DNA of 64,000 nucleotides from Sphyrna mokarran (Eukaryota): positions 54,746,001 to 54,810,000 of the forward strand of contig JAGIQG010000003.1 of NCBI GenBank assembly GCA_024679065.1, written 5' to 3'. The position numbers were made by a program, and so were the translations under genes. Shown in pieces: positions 39,497-50,745 of the stretch. The first letter of the stretch is position 1; each line of letters opens with the position of its first letter. Under the pieces are notes generated by a model. It was not told where the DNA came from and did no database searches. It worked only from the letters and a program-made list of their open reading frames with translations.

Positions 39497-39830
39497 AACA
39501 AAGAACAATACAGCACAGGAACAGGTCCTTCAGCCCTCCAGGCCTGCACCAATCATGTGTTCCTAACTAAACCATCCGTTTGTATACCTGTTTCCCAGTT
39601 TGTTCATGTAGCTATCTAGATAAGTCATAAATGATCCTAGCATGTCTGCCTCAACCACCTTGCTTGGCAGCGCATTCCAGGCCCCCACCACCCTCTGTGT
39701 AAAATACATCCCCTGCATATCTGTATTGAATCTTGTCCCCCCCCACACCCCCCCGCCGCCGACTTTACCTTGAACTTGTAACCCCTTGTGTTTGCCATTT
39801 CCAATGTGGGAAAAAGCTTCCAACTGAACC
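39497..39830 (-). mobile_element. CR1 LINE 3' end
   Basis: YFTQRVVGAWNALPSKVVEA motif and CR1 tail. Confidence 0.8.
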
Positions 39831-40262
39831 TGAAAGTAGATGAGAAGGTTTTCAGGGGAAATACGTTTCCTGGGTATTGCTTCTTATATGCTATACAGAC
39901 TAATGTACCACTCATAGAGAAGAAAATAAGCAAGTGCAGAAGTGTTATAGTCATAGCTAGGATGTAGAGAAGAATGAACTGAGTAAAGATAAATCCCTTC
40001 AAAAGTCTGACACAGCAGGGAAGCTGTTCTTGGTACATGACCTCAGACTTTGGTATCTTTTCCCAAAAAAAGGTGAAAGAGAGAATGTCCGGGGTGATGG
40101 GGTCTTTAATTATGCTGGCTACTTTGCTGAGGCAGCGGGGAATGTAGATAGTCAATGGATGGGAGACTGGTCTGTGTGATGGATTGGGCTACATTCACGA
40201 TCTTTTTTAGTTCCTCGTGGTCTTGGGTAGAGCAAGAGCCATATCAAGCTGTGACACAACCA
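39830..40262 (-). mobile_element. Rex1/Babar-like LINE 3' end
   Basis: CLSKVASIIKDP motif; same family as 18180-19060 and 44961-46072. Confidence 0.75.
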
Positions 40263-40264
40263 TG

Positions 40265-41800
40265 AAATACACAAGCAACTGTTGCTCGCACCCAGAATGT
40301 CTAATACTCATGAGGCGTAGGTTACTGGGCCTGGTCTACCATGTCGTTCCTGTAACAGTACTGCTGAAAGTGTGTGGAGGGTGGCTGCAACCTCTAAAGC
40401 GTATGGGGACTAGTAAGGCTGGCACTGTGATGAAGACACGCTTTAAATCAGTTACTGCAGCTCTGATCTGTGCAGTCCATTTCCAAGACGAGTTTTTCTT
40501 TAACAATTTAGACAGGGGGCCTGCTTTGGTGGCAAAGCCATCTATATGATTCCGACAGTACCATACTCGCCTTGGGAACGATCGGCAGCACTCATGTCTC
40601 AGGGCAGTGGAAGATGCGCTGTGGAGTCTATCCTTTTCTATTCGATCTCCCTCTTCCCATAGATAATCACTGTACCTAGGTATATGATCTTGAGTTGCAA
40701 AGTTTGGGCCTTTTTTGCTTTGACTTTGCAGCCTAATGAGTGGAGGAGTGTGAGCAATTCCTGTAACAATGTTACATGCTCCTCTCTGGTGTTAGTCTGT
40801 AACAATAAATCATTGACATATTGGACCAAGTGCTTAGGTCAGGAAAACTTTCCTAGTCTTGTAGCTTGTCGTCTATGGAGGATGGATGGGGAATTACGGA
40901 AACTCTATGGTAGGCAAGTCCAAGTGTATTGCTATCCCTGGAAGATGAAGATGAACTTGTACTGGTAGGACCGATTTAAAGGGATGGACCAGAAACCATT
41001 ACTGACATCCAGTCCAGTGAAAAACTTTGCCTGGGCTCCCTGTCTCACCATGGTGACAGGGCTTATAGCACTGTGGCGGCTATGAGTGGGGTAACCTTAT
41101 TTAATTCCTGTTAATCAATCATTAACCTCCATAATCTGCTTTCTTTATAAGCCACACTGGTGCATTGTTTATTGATGCCACTTGTTTCAACATTCCCTGT
41201 TATAACGGACTATCAATTACTTTGGCCACGTCACCCTCTGCCTGTCTGGGGAAACCATATTGTCTCTGAGGTTTCTGACCCTTCAATTAACACCTCCCCA
41301 CGTGCCTGGCCACAAGCATTCTTATGTTGCACAAACACCCCTTTGTCTCTTTGAAGCACCTTCCTAAAGGCTAGGTCGCTGCTAATCATTAAGGGATCAA
41401 GCCAGAATTCCCCTATAGTGTTAACCCTATTAGCATATATCCCGACTGGAATGATTGATGGCACTCTGCTAATCGTAGCCATCTGCCAAATGCATTGATT
41501 AGCTAGATCAAATGAACCATTTATTCATGTATCAGACTCAAGAATGTGTTTAGCATTTGGGGGAAGGTCAACTAACACCACAGGATGGTCATACACCTCG
41601 TTGCCTTGGCAGACCTGTACAGGGGCTGTAATCTGTCCTCCCTGCATGTGTCCTGTGAATCCACTGAATGTGTTTGTACCCGTAGTTGGCCAAAGGATGT
41701 CTGTCTTCAATTTTGATATATACAGGTATTTCAGGAACCTCCAGTATCTCAAAGAAATTCTAGGAGGTGGTCTCTTACCTCACTGTTAACTATGGATCTC
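40265..41800 (-). pseudogene. protease-reverse transcriptase (pol) remnant; RNase H and integrase not found
   Basis: EFL*DTGGS near 41735-41760 and HILESD (protease). FFTGLDVSNGFWSIPL, YTWTCLP*SFRNSP, LVQYVNDLLL (decayed YVDD), KIIYLG, IDGFATKAGPLSKLLKK and LEVAATLHTLSAVLLQERHG..PVTYAS (connection domain). Confidence 0.9.
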
Positions 41801-41899
41801 CCTACACTATCCTGCCTCGTGCTACAGACCCAGGCTGGGGAGGCTGAACATCATCAATATATAATCCCGTAGATGGGGATCATTGAACATAGTGGTGGG

Positions 41900-43640
41900 T
41901 GGGAACTCAAGGTATGCATGGGGTGACCGGGACCTTCTATCAGTGGTGGGCGGTGTTCTCTCTTGTATCTAGAAGCTGGCCTAACTGATGGAGATGGTGG
42001 TCCTGCTTGACTTGGGGACCGTTTATAGGGTGGTGGAGGCTCATACATTCTCGGGAGAAGTGTCCTGGCTGCTACAATTAAATTACAACTCCCTGAGGCT
42101 GCTGCGTAATGTACTTCTGTGGTGTTGGTGTTCCCCTCTACCCTCATTCCTTCATATTGGACTCTGGTCAGTCCTCATCGGAAGAATTCCAGCTTCCCAA
42201 TTTGACCATGATGTTGGGAGTCCCTGAACTTCCTGTTCCCAGACTCAAGCAAACCATCGGAGAACCCAGGCTTCATTATGTGTGGTCTCTGCGGGGTCAA
42301 AATTAATGCAGGCTTTCTTACCTTCCTCTGTGGTGTGTGACATTAATGTCCTAGCCCACTTAGATGAATCAGCCTCACCTAATCTAGCCCAATCTAATTC
42401 CCCATATACTCCCATGAAGTGGATCCATAAATGACCAACAAACACAGTCGGATGTTCTCCTTTCCTCTGTCTACATTTATTTAAGCCACCTCTATTAAAT
42501 CCTAGCCCGGTCAATGTTGCTTCCTTGAGCTCGCTCATGGCTCCTTCCCTGACATTTTAAAGGGTTGGCAGGGCTGTACCGAATTGCTTAAGCATATCAC
42601 TATTAACTTTACTTCTTCCCTTTCATCTAGCCCGTGCATTATCTTTTGCTGCCTAACCTCCTCAAAAAAATGTGTGGGTCAACCGATGGCTCAAAGGCTG
42701 GGATTTTATTTGCAATTTTGGCCAATTGTGCTGCTATAAGTGGGGTCATGTGTGTAAAAGCTGGGCCCTGAGCCACTCCTACCCAATGTTCAGTCATCAC
42801 TGGGTGCATCCATCATTTGTGAGCACAGTGGGTATGTGCCTCGGAAAAGATGGTGGTGGACCCCAATCCTCAATTGGTATAATGTACAGTTTAGCTTTTT
42901 TTTAACTCTCCCAACTTGCATTCTGCATCTCCTCTTCACGTACTGTTCCAAAGGTACACAAAAATCTGTTTTGCACCAATAATGGGGATTCCAGCTATGA
43001 AATTTCTCACTGGCATTTGGAGTGGTCAGTGGTTACCTGCCTCAGTTCTTTACTGGCTTGACGTAGCACTTTTATTGCTGCCTGCAGATCGGTGCACTTA
43101 ACTTCCAATTGTGTTACCAACCACTTGGCTTCACCTTTGGCCAAAATAGCGCATTGGGCATCTTGGTAGGCTGTCTCGTACTAGGTCTGAAAATTGCTCA
43201 GATGTAATAAATTTGCCTGATTTGTTCTTTTTAATTTGTCTACCTCTCTGTCGTTTTTGGCTTTTATTTGTTGTATCCTTTCCTGCTGCTGTTCCGTTAG
43301 TTTCTTAATCTCCTCTTCCTTTTCCTCTTTGAATTTTCTAATCTGTTCCTTCTTCTCCCCCTGCACCTGCTTTAATTCTTCCAATTCCTTACGAACTGTG
43401 TTTAATTCCTTTTCAGTTCCTAACAGCTGTCCTAAGCAATTCACAATGGCAGTCGCTTTCTCACTTTTGACTGCCCGTTTTCCCTAAACTTTCCTCAGAT
43501 TGTCCCAGCGCCACCTCAGTATTGGCACAAAATTCTGCCCATAGGGGCCACCCTTCCTTCTTAATATATTCCCTGATTTTTGTTTCCCTTATAGGACACC
43601 TCTCCCTCTCTGTAATGTTTCCTGCCATTCTATACTCAAT
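41900..43640 (-). pseudogene. gag remnant with N-terminal coiled coil and capsid MHR-like motif
   Basis: ORF 43181-43444 (EKELNTVRKELEELKQVQGEKKEQIRKFKEEKEEEIKKL..., heptad-rich). ORF 42245-42538 has KCRQRKGEHPTVFVGHLW, an MHR-like Q..GE.P..F motif. Pro-rich C-terminus. Many stops and frameshifts. Confidence 0.75.
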
Positions 43641-43995
43641 GACAAAGGATAGGGAGTTGAATGGACTATGGGTACAGCTTTGAGCTATGTTCCAGTCCTA
43701 ATCTCTCTGGATTCTAATGTAAATCTATAGTGTTTACCCTATCCTCTTTGTTAATAACAACTCATGAACAATAAACAATTTCCTGAAAGCAGCAATTTAT
43801 CCAAAAAGGAGTATACACCTGTTGGCTCTGAGTTTTAAATAATCATTTAATACGGACCTTTCACTACCTTTGATTTACTTGAAATCCTGGCTGTCACATT
43901 GGACATTTGATGTCTTAATCTGGGCTCAGGCTAAATCTCCAGGAATATTAGGTTCTGTGGGATTCGATTTCAGAGCAACAAAGTTACTGGTCAAT

Positions 43996-44010
43996 GTCCC
44001 AGAGTCGCCA
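43996..44010 (-). promoter_or_regulatory. Primer-binding site, probably tRNA-Arg(UCU)
   Basis: Minus strand TGGCGACTCTGGGAC lies 4 nt after the 5' LTR end. The first 11 nt are complementary to ...CAGAGUCGCCA, the 3' end I recall for vertebrate tRNA-Arg(UCU). Confidence 0.7.
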
Positions 44011-44014
44011 ATTA

Positions 44015-44759
44015 TGTTGCTGTCCCTGTGGCACAGTCTGTTTTAATCCTTATACGGTAGACAAAGAATTGCGACTAGACCTCGTGTTAATGCAACAATA
44101 CTTACTGACACATGATTAATAATCACCCATCCAATCAACAATAATATTTTTTAGAATATCAAAGTTCAAGTCCAATACTAGATCTTGACTTAACTTTTGC
44201 ATGACTAGCGAGTATCTCGGCAGAAAATGGCCTTTATTTGTATGCTGATCTCTGTAGTCGTTGTGTAGTCTGATCCTTTGATCTGGTTTGATAATCTGGC
44301 TCTGGTCTTCCTTCCTTCTTGAGTGAGGTGGCTCTCCTGTGTTAGTCATTGCTGGTGGTTGTCACCACTGTTGTCATTTGTTGGAGAGGAGGGAGAGAGA
44401 GATTCTTCCATTGAGCAGCTTCCTTTTGGCCATTGCCAATCTATCAATCAGGACTCAATCACCCTGATCGATAGGGTCCAATGGCCATGCCTGTAGGTGC
44501 TGGAGGCACTTGGTCAGATACCTCACTCCCAAATAAGGGGTTAAGGTGGTCCTTCTGTCTGGTAAATAACTCAGTTTGACCAAAAAGTGTTCTTTGTCTC
44601 AGAGATGGTCAATATCCTGTATATTCCAACTCTTGCAGCTGCAGTCTGTTCCTCTCTGACCAATTTCTCTTGAGACTGCAGCCTATCTGTTTCAGCGCTT
44701 CTCCAATTATTCCTCCATTCTTGTGCAAACCACCATGTTAGGTGGCCTGTTTGGCCACA
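44015..44759 (-). repeat. 5' LTR of the provirus
   Basis: Plus strand tgttgctgtccctgtggcacag...tttggccaca is colinear with 32501-33299. Followed on the minus strand by the PBS. Confidence 0.9.
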
Positions 44760-44831
44760 AAGGCAACTAGAGAGGGGCAATGTACACTGACCGGCCAGCG
44801 AAGCCCATGTTCCATGAATAAATAATAAAAA

Positions 44832-44960
44832 AAGATGAGGTGCGGTGCTTTGAGCATTGTTTAAGATGAGTTGTTATGGTTTGAGCAGTGGTTTAAGATG
44901 AGGTGTGATCCTTTGAGTATTGTTTAAAAAAGGTACATTGTGTTAAGCATGTTTAAGATG
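44832..44960 (+). repeat. Continuation of the 31-bp satellite
   Basis: aagatgaggtgcggtgctttgagcattgtttaagatgag... resumes the array in register. Confidence 0.9.
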
Positions 44961-46072
44961 ATTTGATTTATTATTGTCACATGTATTAACATACAGCAAA
45001 AAGTATTGTTTTTTGTACACTATACAGACAAAGCATACCATTCATAGAGAAGGAATCATGAGAGTGCAGAATGTAGTATTATAGTCATAGCTAGGGTTAG
45101 AGAAAGATCAATTTAATGTCAGATAAGTCCATTCAAAAGTCTGACAGAAACAGGGAAGAAGCTGTTCATCAGTTGGTTGTTACATGACCTCAGACTATTT
45201 TATCTTTTTCTGACAGAAGAAGGTGGAAGAGAGAATGTCCGGGCTGCATGAGGTCCTTACTTATGCTGGCTGCTTTGCCAAGGCAGCGGGAAGTGAAGAC
45301 AGACTCAATGGATGGGAGGCTGGTTTGCGTGATGGATTGGGCTACGTTTCTGACTTTTGAGTTCCTTGCAGTCTTGGGCAGATCAGGAGCCATACCGAGC
45401 TGTGCTTTCTATGGTGCATCTTTAAAAGTTGGTGAGAGTCGTTAATGACATACCAAATTTCCTTATCTTCTGAGAAAGTAGAGGTATTGGTGGGCTTTCT
45501 TAGCTATAGTGTCAGCCTGGGGAGACATGGACAGATTATTGGTGATCTGGACACCTAAAAACCTGAAGCTCTTCATCCTTTCTATTTTGTCCCCATTGAT
45601 GTAGACAGGGGCATGTTCTCCTTTATGCTTCCTGAAGTCAATGACGATCTCCTTTTTGCGGACATTGAGGGAGAGATTATTGTCACTACACTAGTTCACC
45701 AGATTCTCTGTCTCTTTCCTGTGCTATATCTCACCATTGTTTGATATCTGACCCACTGTGGTGGTGTCATCAGCAAAATTGAAAATCGAATTGGAGGGGA
45801 ATTTGGCCACATAGTCTTAGGTGTATAAGGAGTAGTAAGGGGCTGAGAACACAGCCTTGTGGGGAACCGGTGTTGAGGATGATCATGGAGGATGTGTTGT
45901 TTCCAATCCTTACTGACTGTGATCTGTGAGTTAGGAAGTTCAGGATCCTATCGCAGAGGGAGGTGCTGAGGCCCAGACCATGGAGTTTGGAGATGAGTTT
46001 CATGGGAATTATGATGTTGAAGGCTGAGCTATAGTCAATAAATAGGACTCTGATTTAGGTGTCCTTGTTATC
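44961..46072 (-). mobile_element. Rex1/Babar-like LINE 3' fragment inserted in the satellite
   Basis: [16 protein letters not shown]..., FADDTTVG and SRCLGKAASISKD motifs; aataaaatcaaat-type tail. Confidence 0.85.
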
Positions 46073-46135
46073 TCAGTATGGTGCTTTAGGCAGTGTTTAA
46101 GATGAGGTTGTGGTGCTTTGAAACAGTGTTTAAAG
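46073..46135 (+). repeat. Final units of the 31-bp satellite
   Basis: ggtgctttaggcagtgtttaagatgaggttgtggtgctttgaaacagtgtttaa follows a LINE insertion. Confidence 0.85.
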
Positions 46136-46901
46136 TAAGTAGCTCTACTGCTTGGAATATGGCATTTGAAATTAAATTCATTGACTTTTGTTACGCTGCA
46201 TGCCTTGGGCCTTTTTTCCTGACATTGATTTCTACAACTATGTCTTCCTACAGTAATCTGGAATATTTCCTGATACCTCAATAATCTCGTCATTTTTCCT
46301 CTTCCACTTCCAATGCATCGTGTGCAGCCTCAGACTACCTTTAATATGTTCTGTGCTTTGTTGTACCATGATTTACACTTCCTGATGTTCAAACTCTCCT
46401 GCAATCCATTCCAGCACCTTTAAGAAATTCAGACTCACCTAATTAGAGCTAACCTGTCACAATCTTTGGTTCTCTGCTGAATGCAGTCACTCAGTAGTTT
46501 GTTTAGTGCTGGACTGCACTTAGCAAACAAGCAAATTGACACTAAGTTCATGTGCTATCTGCTCCAGAAGTAATAAACATTCACGATTTGCACTTCACGA
46601 TCCATTATCAAGGGCAATCAAACTCTTCAAACCCAAGTATGCCTTATTTGAATGGACACATGAGATGAATTTTATTGTCATATTGTAACTTGGCCTTAAA
46701 ACTCGGCAACCCATTCAGAAGTCCGCTGATCTCAACAGGACTGGAAAATCCCAACAGTGTCAATGAAAAAGTCAGTGGAGGCAGTAAACAATTTTGTGAG
46801 AAATCTAAAAACCATCTATATTCAATCCCTGTTTTCCATTTGTATTATTAGTTTCCATTACCATCACTAGCTCATATTGGCATTATTCGTCTAGTATGAC
46901 A

Positions 46902-47158
46902 TCTCACAACACCAGGTTAAAGTCCAACAAGTTTATTTGATGGTAAACCCACAAGCTTTTGGGGTTTGCCCCTTTGTCAGGTAGTGGAGAGTTCTGGTCT
47001 CAAAGAGCCGTTTGACCAGAACTCTCCACTCACCTGATGAAAGGGCAAATCCAGAAAGCTTGTGGGTTTACCATTAAATAAACTTGTTGGACTTTAACCT
47101 GGTGTTGTGAGACTTCTTACTGTGTTTACCCCAGTCCAACGTTGGCATCTACACATCA
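46902..47158 (+). mobile_element. Foldback element with arms of about 100 bp and an intact hammerhead core
   Basis: Arms 46902-46999 and 47014-47112. CAC-CTGATGA-AAGGGCAAATCCA-GAAA-GC-TT-GTG at 47031-47064. Confidence 0.9.
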
Positions 47159-47504
47159 TGATTATTCATTTACCCTGTAGTTCTTTGTTTGACTATTCAT
47201 GGGCGAGAAGAATTAATGAAACAAGAATTTCAGATACGATAAAATGCAAAAAACCAACAACTGCTCACATTAAAAAAATACTTTTATACAGAAGGAGCAT
47301 ATCTAGCATCACACCTGACTTAAAATTCTGCTAATATTCATGAGTCTAGTTGAGATGAATATAAATCATCCTTACCAAGAATTTGTTTTGGTGAGGACAC
47401 TACTGAATTCAGATATGCAAATTCTTATGGAATTCCTTATATAATTTAAATATATCCATATATTTTTCTAAACACTCAGTAAAGTGTTCCATTTTTCCTT
47501 GCAG

Positions 47505-47833
47505 GTACTGTATCATTAATATCTTTGGCTATATTGTCATATGATCGTTATGTTACAATCACTGAAGCGACAGAAGCTGATAGAACGAACTACCGTAAGG
47601 CATTTGCTGGGATTTCATTTTCCTGGATCTACTCATTGATGTGGACATTGCCCCCTCTGTTCGGATGGAGTCACTACGGTCCTGAGGGACCAGGAACAAC
47701 ATGTTCTGTGAACTGGTATGCAAAAGACATCGCCAATGTGTCTTATATTTTGTGTCTCTTCACTTTCTGTCTGGTCATCCCCTTTCTGGTGATAGTCTAC
47801 TGTTATGGAAGAATGCTGCTGACAATAAAGAAG
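47505..47833 (+). CDS. tmtops: TMT opsin coding exon 2 (TM3 to TM5)
   Basis: Acceptor ttttccttgcAG|GT completes the phase-1 Gly. Reads GTVSLISLAILSYDRY...WIYSLMWTLPPLFGWSHYGPEGPGTTCSVNW...CLFTFCLVIPFLVIVYCYGRMLLTIKK. Donor AAG|GTAAGT at 47834, phase 0. Confidence 0.95.
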
Positions 47834-47959
47834 GTAAGTCACACCATACACTCTCCTATCTAGGACTCTTGTTTGCATTACTGTAACAGCACTGAGGAAT
47901 TGCTTAAGGTAGATGGTATGCTCAGTTAGACAATGGATTATAAGAAGGTGCTTAGAGTT

Positions 47960-48270
47960 ATAAAAACCCTACAGTGCAGAAATAGGCCATTTGGCCCATC
48001 ATGTTAACACTGACCACAATCCCACCCAAGCCCTACCCTATATCCATACACATTTACTTGCTAACCTATGCATCTCAGGACACTGAAGGGCATTTTTAGC
48101 TTGGCCAATCAACCTAATCTGCATATCTTTGGACTGTGGGAGGAAACTGGAGCAGCCAGAAGAAACCCACACAGATACAAGAATGTGCAAACTTCACACA
48201 GACGGTGACTCAAGCCAGGAATCAAACCCAGGTCTCTGAAGTTGTGAAGCAGCAGCGCTGACCACTGTTT
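47960..48270 (-). mobile_element. V-SINE
   Basis: atctttggactgtgggaggaaactggagc...aacttcacacagac...accactg (reverse V-SINE). Confidence 0.85.
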
Positions 48271-48344
48271 CAGAGCTCCATTGTTGACAACTATCGAACT
48301 AAACACAAAAAACAAATGTTTACTATTTGGTGTGAATAAAATGT

Positions 48345-48705
48345 AATTATTTACAAAGGAAAAGTTCCACTTGGGCCGAGCAACAGGCAGTGACTCTCCC
48401 TGTTGATAGAATGGTTGAGAACCATAGGATATCAATTGAGGTGATTGACAAAAGAAGCAATGGTGACATGAGGAAAAACCTACTTGCACAGCAAATGATT
48501 AGGATCAGGAAGACACTGCCTGAGAGTGTGGTTGAGGCAGATTGCATTTCAGCTTTCAGAAAAGAATTTGGATAATTATCTGAAGAGAAAAATGATACAT
48601 GGGAAAATGGCGAGGGAATGGAATTAGCTGAGATGCTCTTGCAGAGAACTAGTACAGATACGATTGGGCTGATTGGCCTCCTCCTGTGCTGTAACTGTTC
48701 TATCA
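48345..48705 (+). mobile_element. CR1 3' fragment
   Basis: LPESVVEADCISAFRKE motif and a ggcctcctcctgtgctgtaa tail. Confidence 0.75.
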
Positions 48706-49383
48706 CGTTATAGGCTGGATTTGATGTTGACCCTGTTTGCCACTGTTAAATATCAGGAATGAGCCTGTCCCCACTTTGCTGGCTCTCCCCACTGCCGGTT
48801 AATGGCTATTATGCCATTAATTGGCTTGAATTGGGTTTATTATCTGCATCAGTGGAAGAAGTCCCACATCAGACAGCAGCAGCCAATCAAAATGATAAAA
48901 TTGTGATGGGGCGGAGCCTGATGTCTAATTCTAGGGCTATACAACTAAAACCCCTTCCCACTTCCTGCCAAACCATCCTCTGGGACTATAAATTCCAGCT
49001 CTTTTAATTCTGTCTCTGGAATCTCCAACCATTAAATTACAAAATGGGAGACAATGAGTTGGCAACCCATCTTTCTGAATAGACAGGTGTGAACATATTC
49101 TGATGTAGGTGTGTGATGGCTTAATTTTGACTTTGCATGATCGTGTGAAGAAGCAGACAACAAATAGGTAGCCTGCTTTGTAACAATGAACATTGAGAGA
49201 GATGTAAAACAGGCTGCAACCTTGCTAATGCCCATTTTACACTATTAACTTAAATCAAAATTAGCCCTTATTGTGTGCAACATAATAGGTGAGCAACTTG
49301 AGAATTGGAGTCACCTATAATGATTTGACATTCATTATACCTGGAGGTATTAAAACTCACAGCAAGAAAGCTTCACATTACTT

Positions 49384-49437
49384 GCAAAGAATAACAGTGT
49401 TTCCAGCAAAGAATAACAGTGTTTCCAGCCAAGAATA
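49384..49437 (+). repeat. 22-bp tandem duplication
   Basis: gcaaagaataacagtgtttcca x2 plus a partial third copy. Confidence 0.9.
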
Positions 49438-49999
49438 CATTTCCCCAGGATGAAGTGGTTCACGATCAACTATGGCTGTTAGTACCAGCTGTTTGACTGC
49501 GTAGCAACAGGATCTTGCTCAAAAAGTAAATCATGTTTAAAATGCCATAAGCTGTTTTTATAGTGTGTTGCAAGTTCAAGTAATTTAACAAATGTCTGCG
49601 GTACATGTGGTCTTGCTACTGAAATGAATAAAGTTGCCCTGTAACACAATCAGACCGCACGCTCAGTGCTGTGAACGGAACAGCTTCGTGTTCCATTGCT
49701 GAGCAGTCTCGTTGCAAATGTAACTTTAAAAAACAAACCCAACAATACAGAATATTTTCCTGTTTTATATAAAGATGGCAAACGTGTTTTGAACTGTACT
49801 TGCATGTTTGAAGCCAGTGGGAGGACAGAATTTATTGCTTGGAGCCGACAGTTATATTACATAATCACCTTAAAAGGCTCTGACAGTCAAAGCCAGGAAC
49901 CCATCACCCAGCCCACTGATAAGCAGGAGAGCAGTTAAGCAAACAGCTCCCAGCCTTCTGCTTACTGCTTCTTGGAGCAACTCCTACCAGGAGATCTAC

Positions 50000-50537
50000 T
50001 AATGTGTCCTTTGTTTTGCACTATCCTCACATATTCACAATAGCTCATCTGCAACTACTCTGTGATTCAACATCTAATTTTGCCTCTTTCTGCCACCTTC
50101 CTCTTTGACCTCCAGGAGAGATTTCTGTAGCTATTCAGTTCTGATCAAATGGCCAAAACATTGGCATGTGTTTTTCTGGATGTCACCTGTTAAGAGTTCT
50201 TTTCACTCTGGCAATTTCAAACAGCTCTTTATTTGTCTTATGTTCTGCATGTGCAATTTTTCACTGATGTTTTTCCATCTACATTTCAAAGGTCTCGATT
50301 TCCTTCCATAGCTCCTTATTTATTGTCCACCTTACTGAGGCAGACAGGAAAATGGATAGAATGTCGCATCTTGTGCATTTTTGTTTCCTCATTACAAGTT
50401 TGAATTTTCTTGTGAACACATACTTCATCTTCCTGAAATCACTTCTGGCTATGTCTATGCTTCTTCTGACTTCAGCTTCACATCTGTATCTTTTGTTATC
50501 ATTTGTCCTAAATAGACAAAGTTATCTACTTGTTCAA
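50000..50537 (-). mobile_element. RTE-clade LINE RT C-terminal fragment
   Basis: EQVDNFVYLGQMIT..CEAEVRRSIDIARSDFRKM...WTINKELWKEIETFEM...FGHLIR, typical of RTE ORF2. Confidence 0.75.
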
Positions 50538-50539
50538 GA

Positions 50540-50745
50540 GTGACTTTAAAAAAATCATTTACAGAATAAGGATATTGCTGGCTGGGCCAGCATTAGTTGC
50601 CCTTATCTAGTTGCCCTTCAGAACATGGTGGTGAGCTGACTTTTTGAACAACCGTAGTCCCTGACATATACCCACAGTGCTGTTAGGCAGGGAATCTAAG
50701 ATTCTGACACAGCGACAGTGGAGGAATAGTGATATATTTCCATAT
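50540..50745 (-). mobile_element. LINE 3' tail fragment (same family as 31021-32500)
   Basis: tagttgcccttcagaacatggtggtgagctg is the reverse of the cagctcaccaccacc...gggcaacta tail. Confidence 0.7.

Larger units (their letters stand above)
32501..44759 (-). mobile_element. Decayed endogenous retrovirus-like LTR element (lokiretrovirus-like) with gag-pro-RT and env-like remnants
   Basis: Two related LTRs bounded TG...CA, a PBS, a short purine tract and degenerate gag/pro/RT/env reading frames. Inserted into a LINE 3' tail with an imperfect 4-bp TSD (agag/aagg). Confidence 0.9.
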
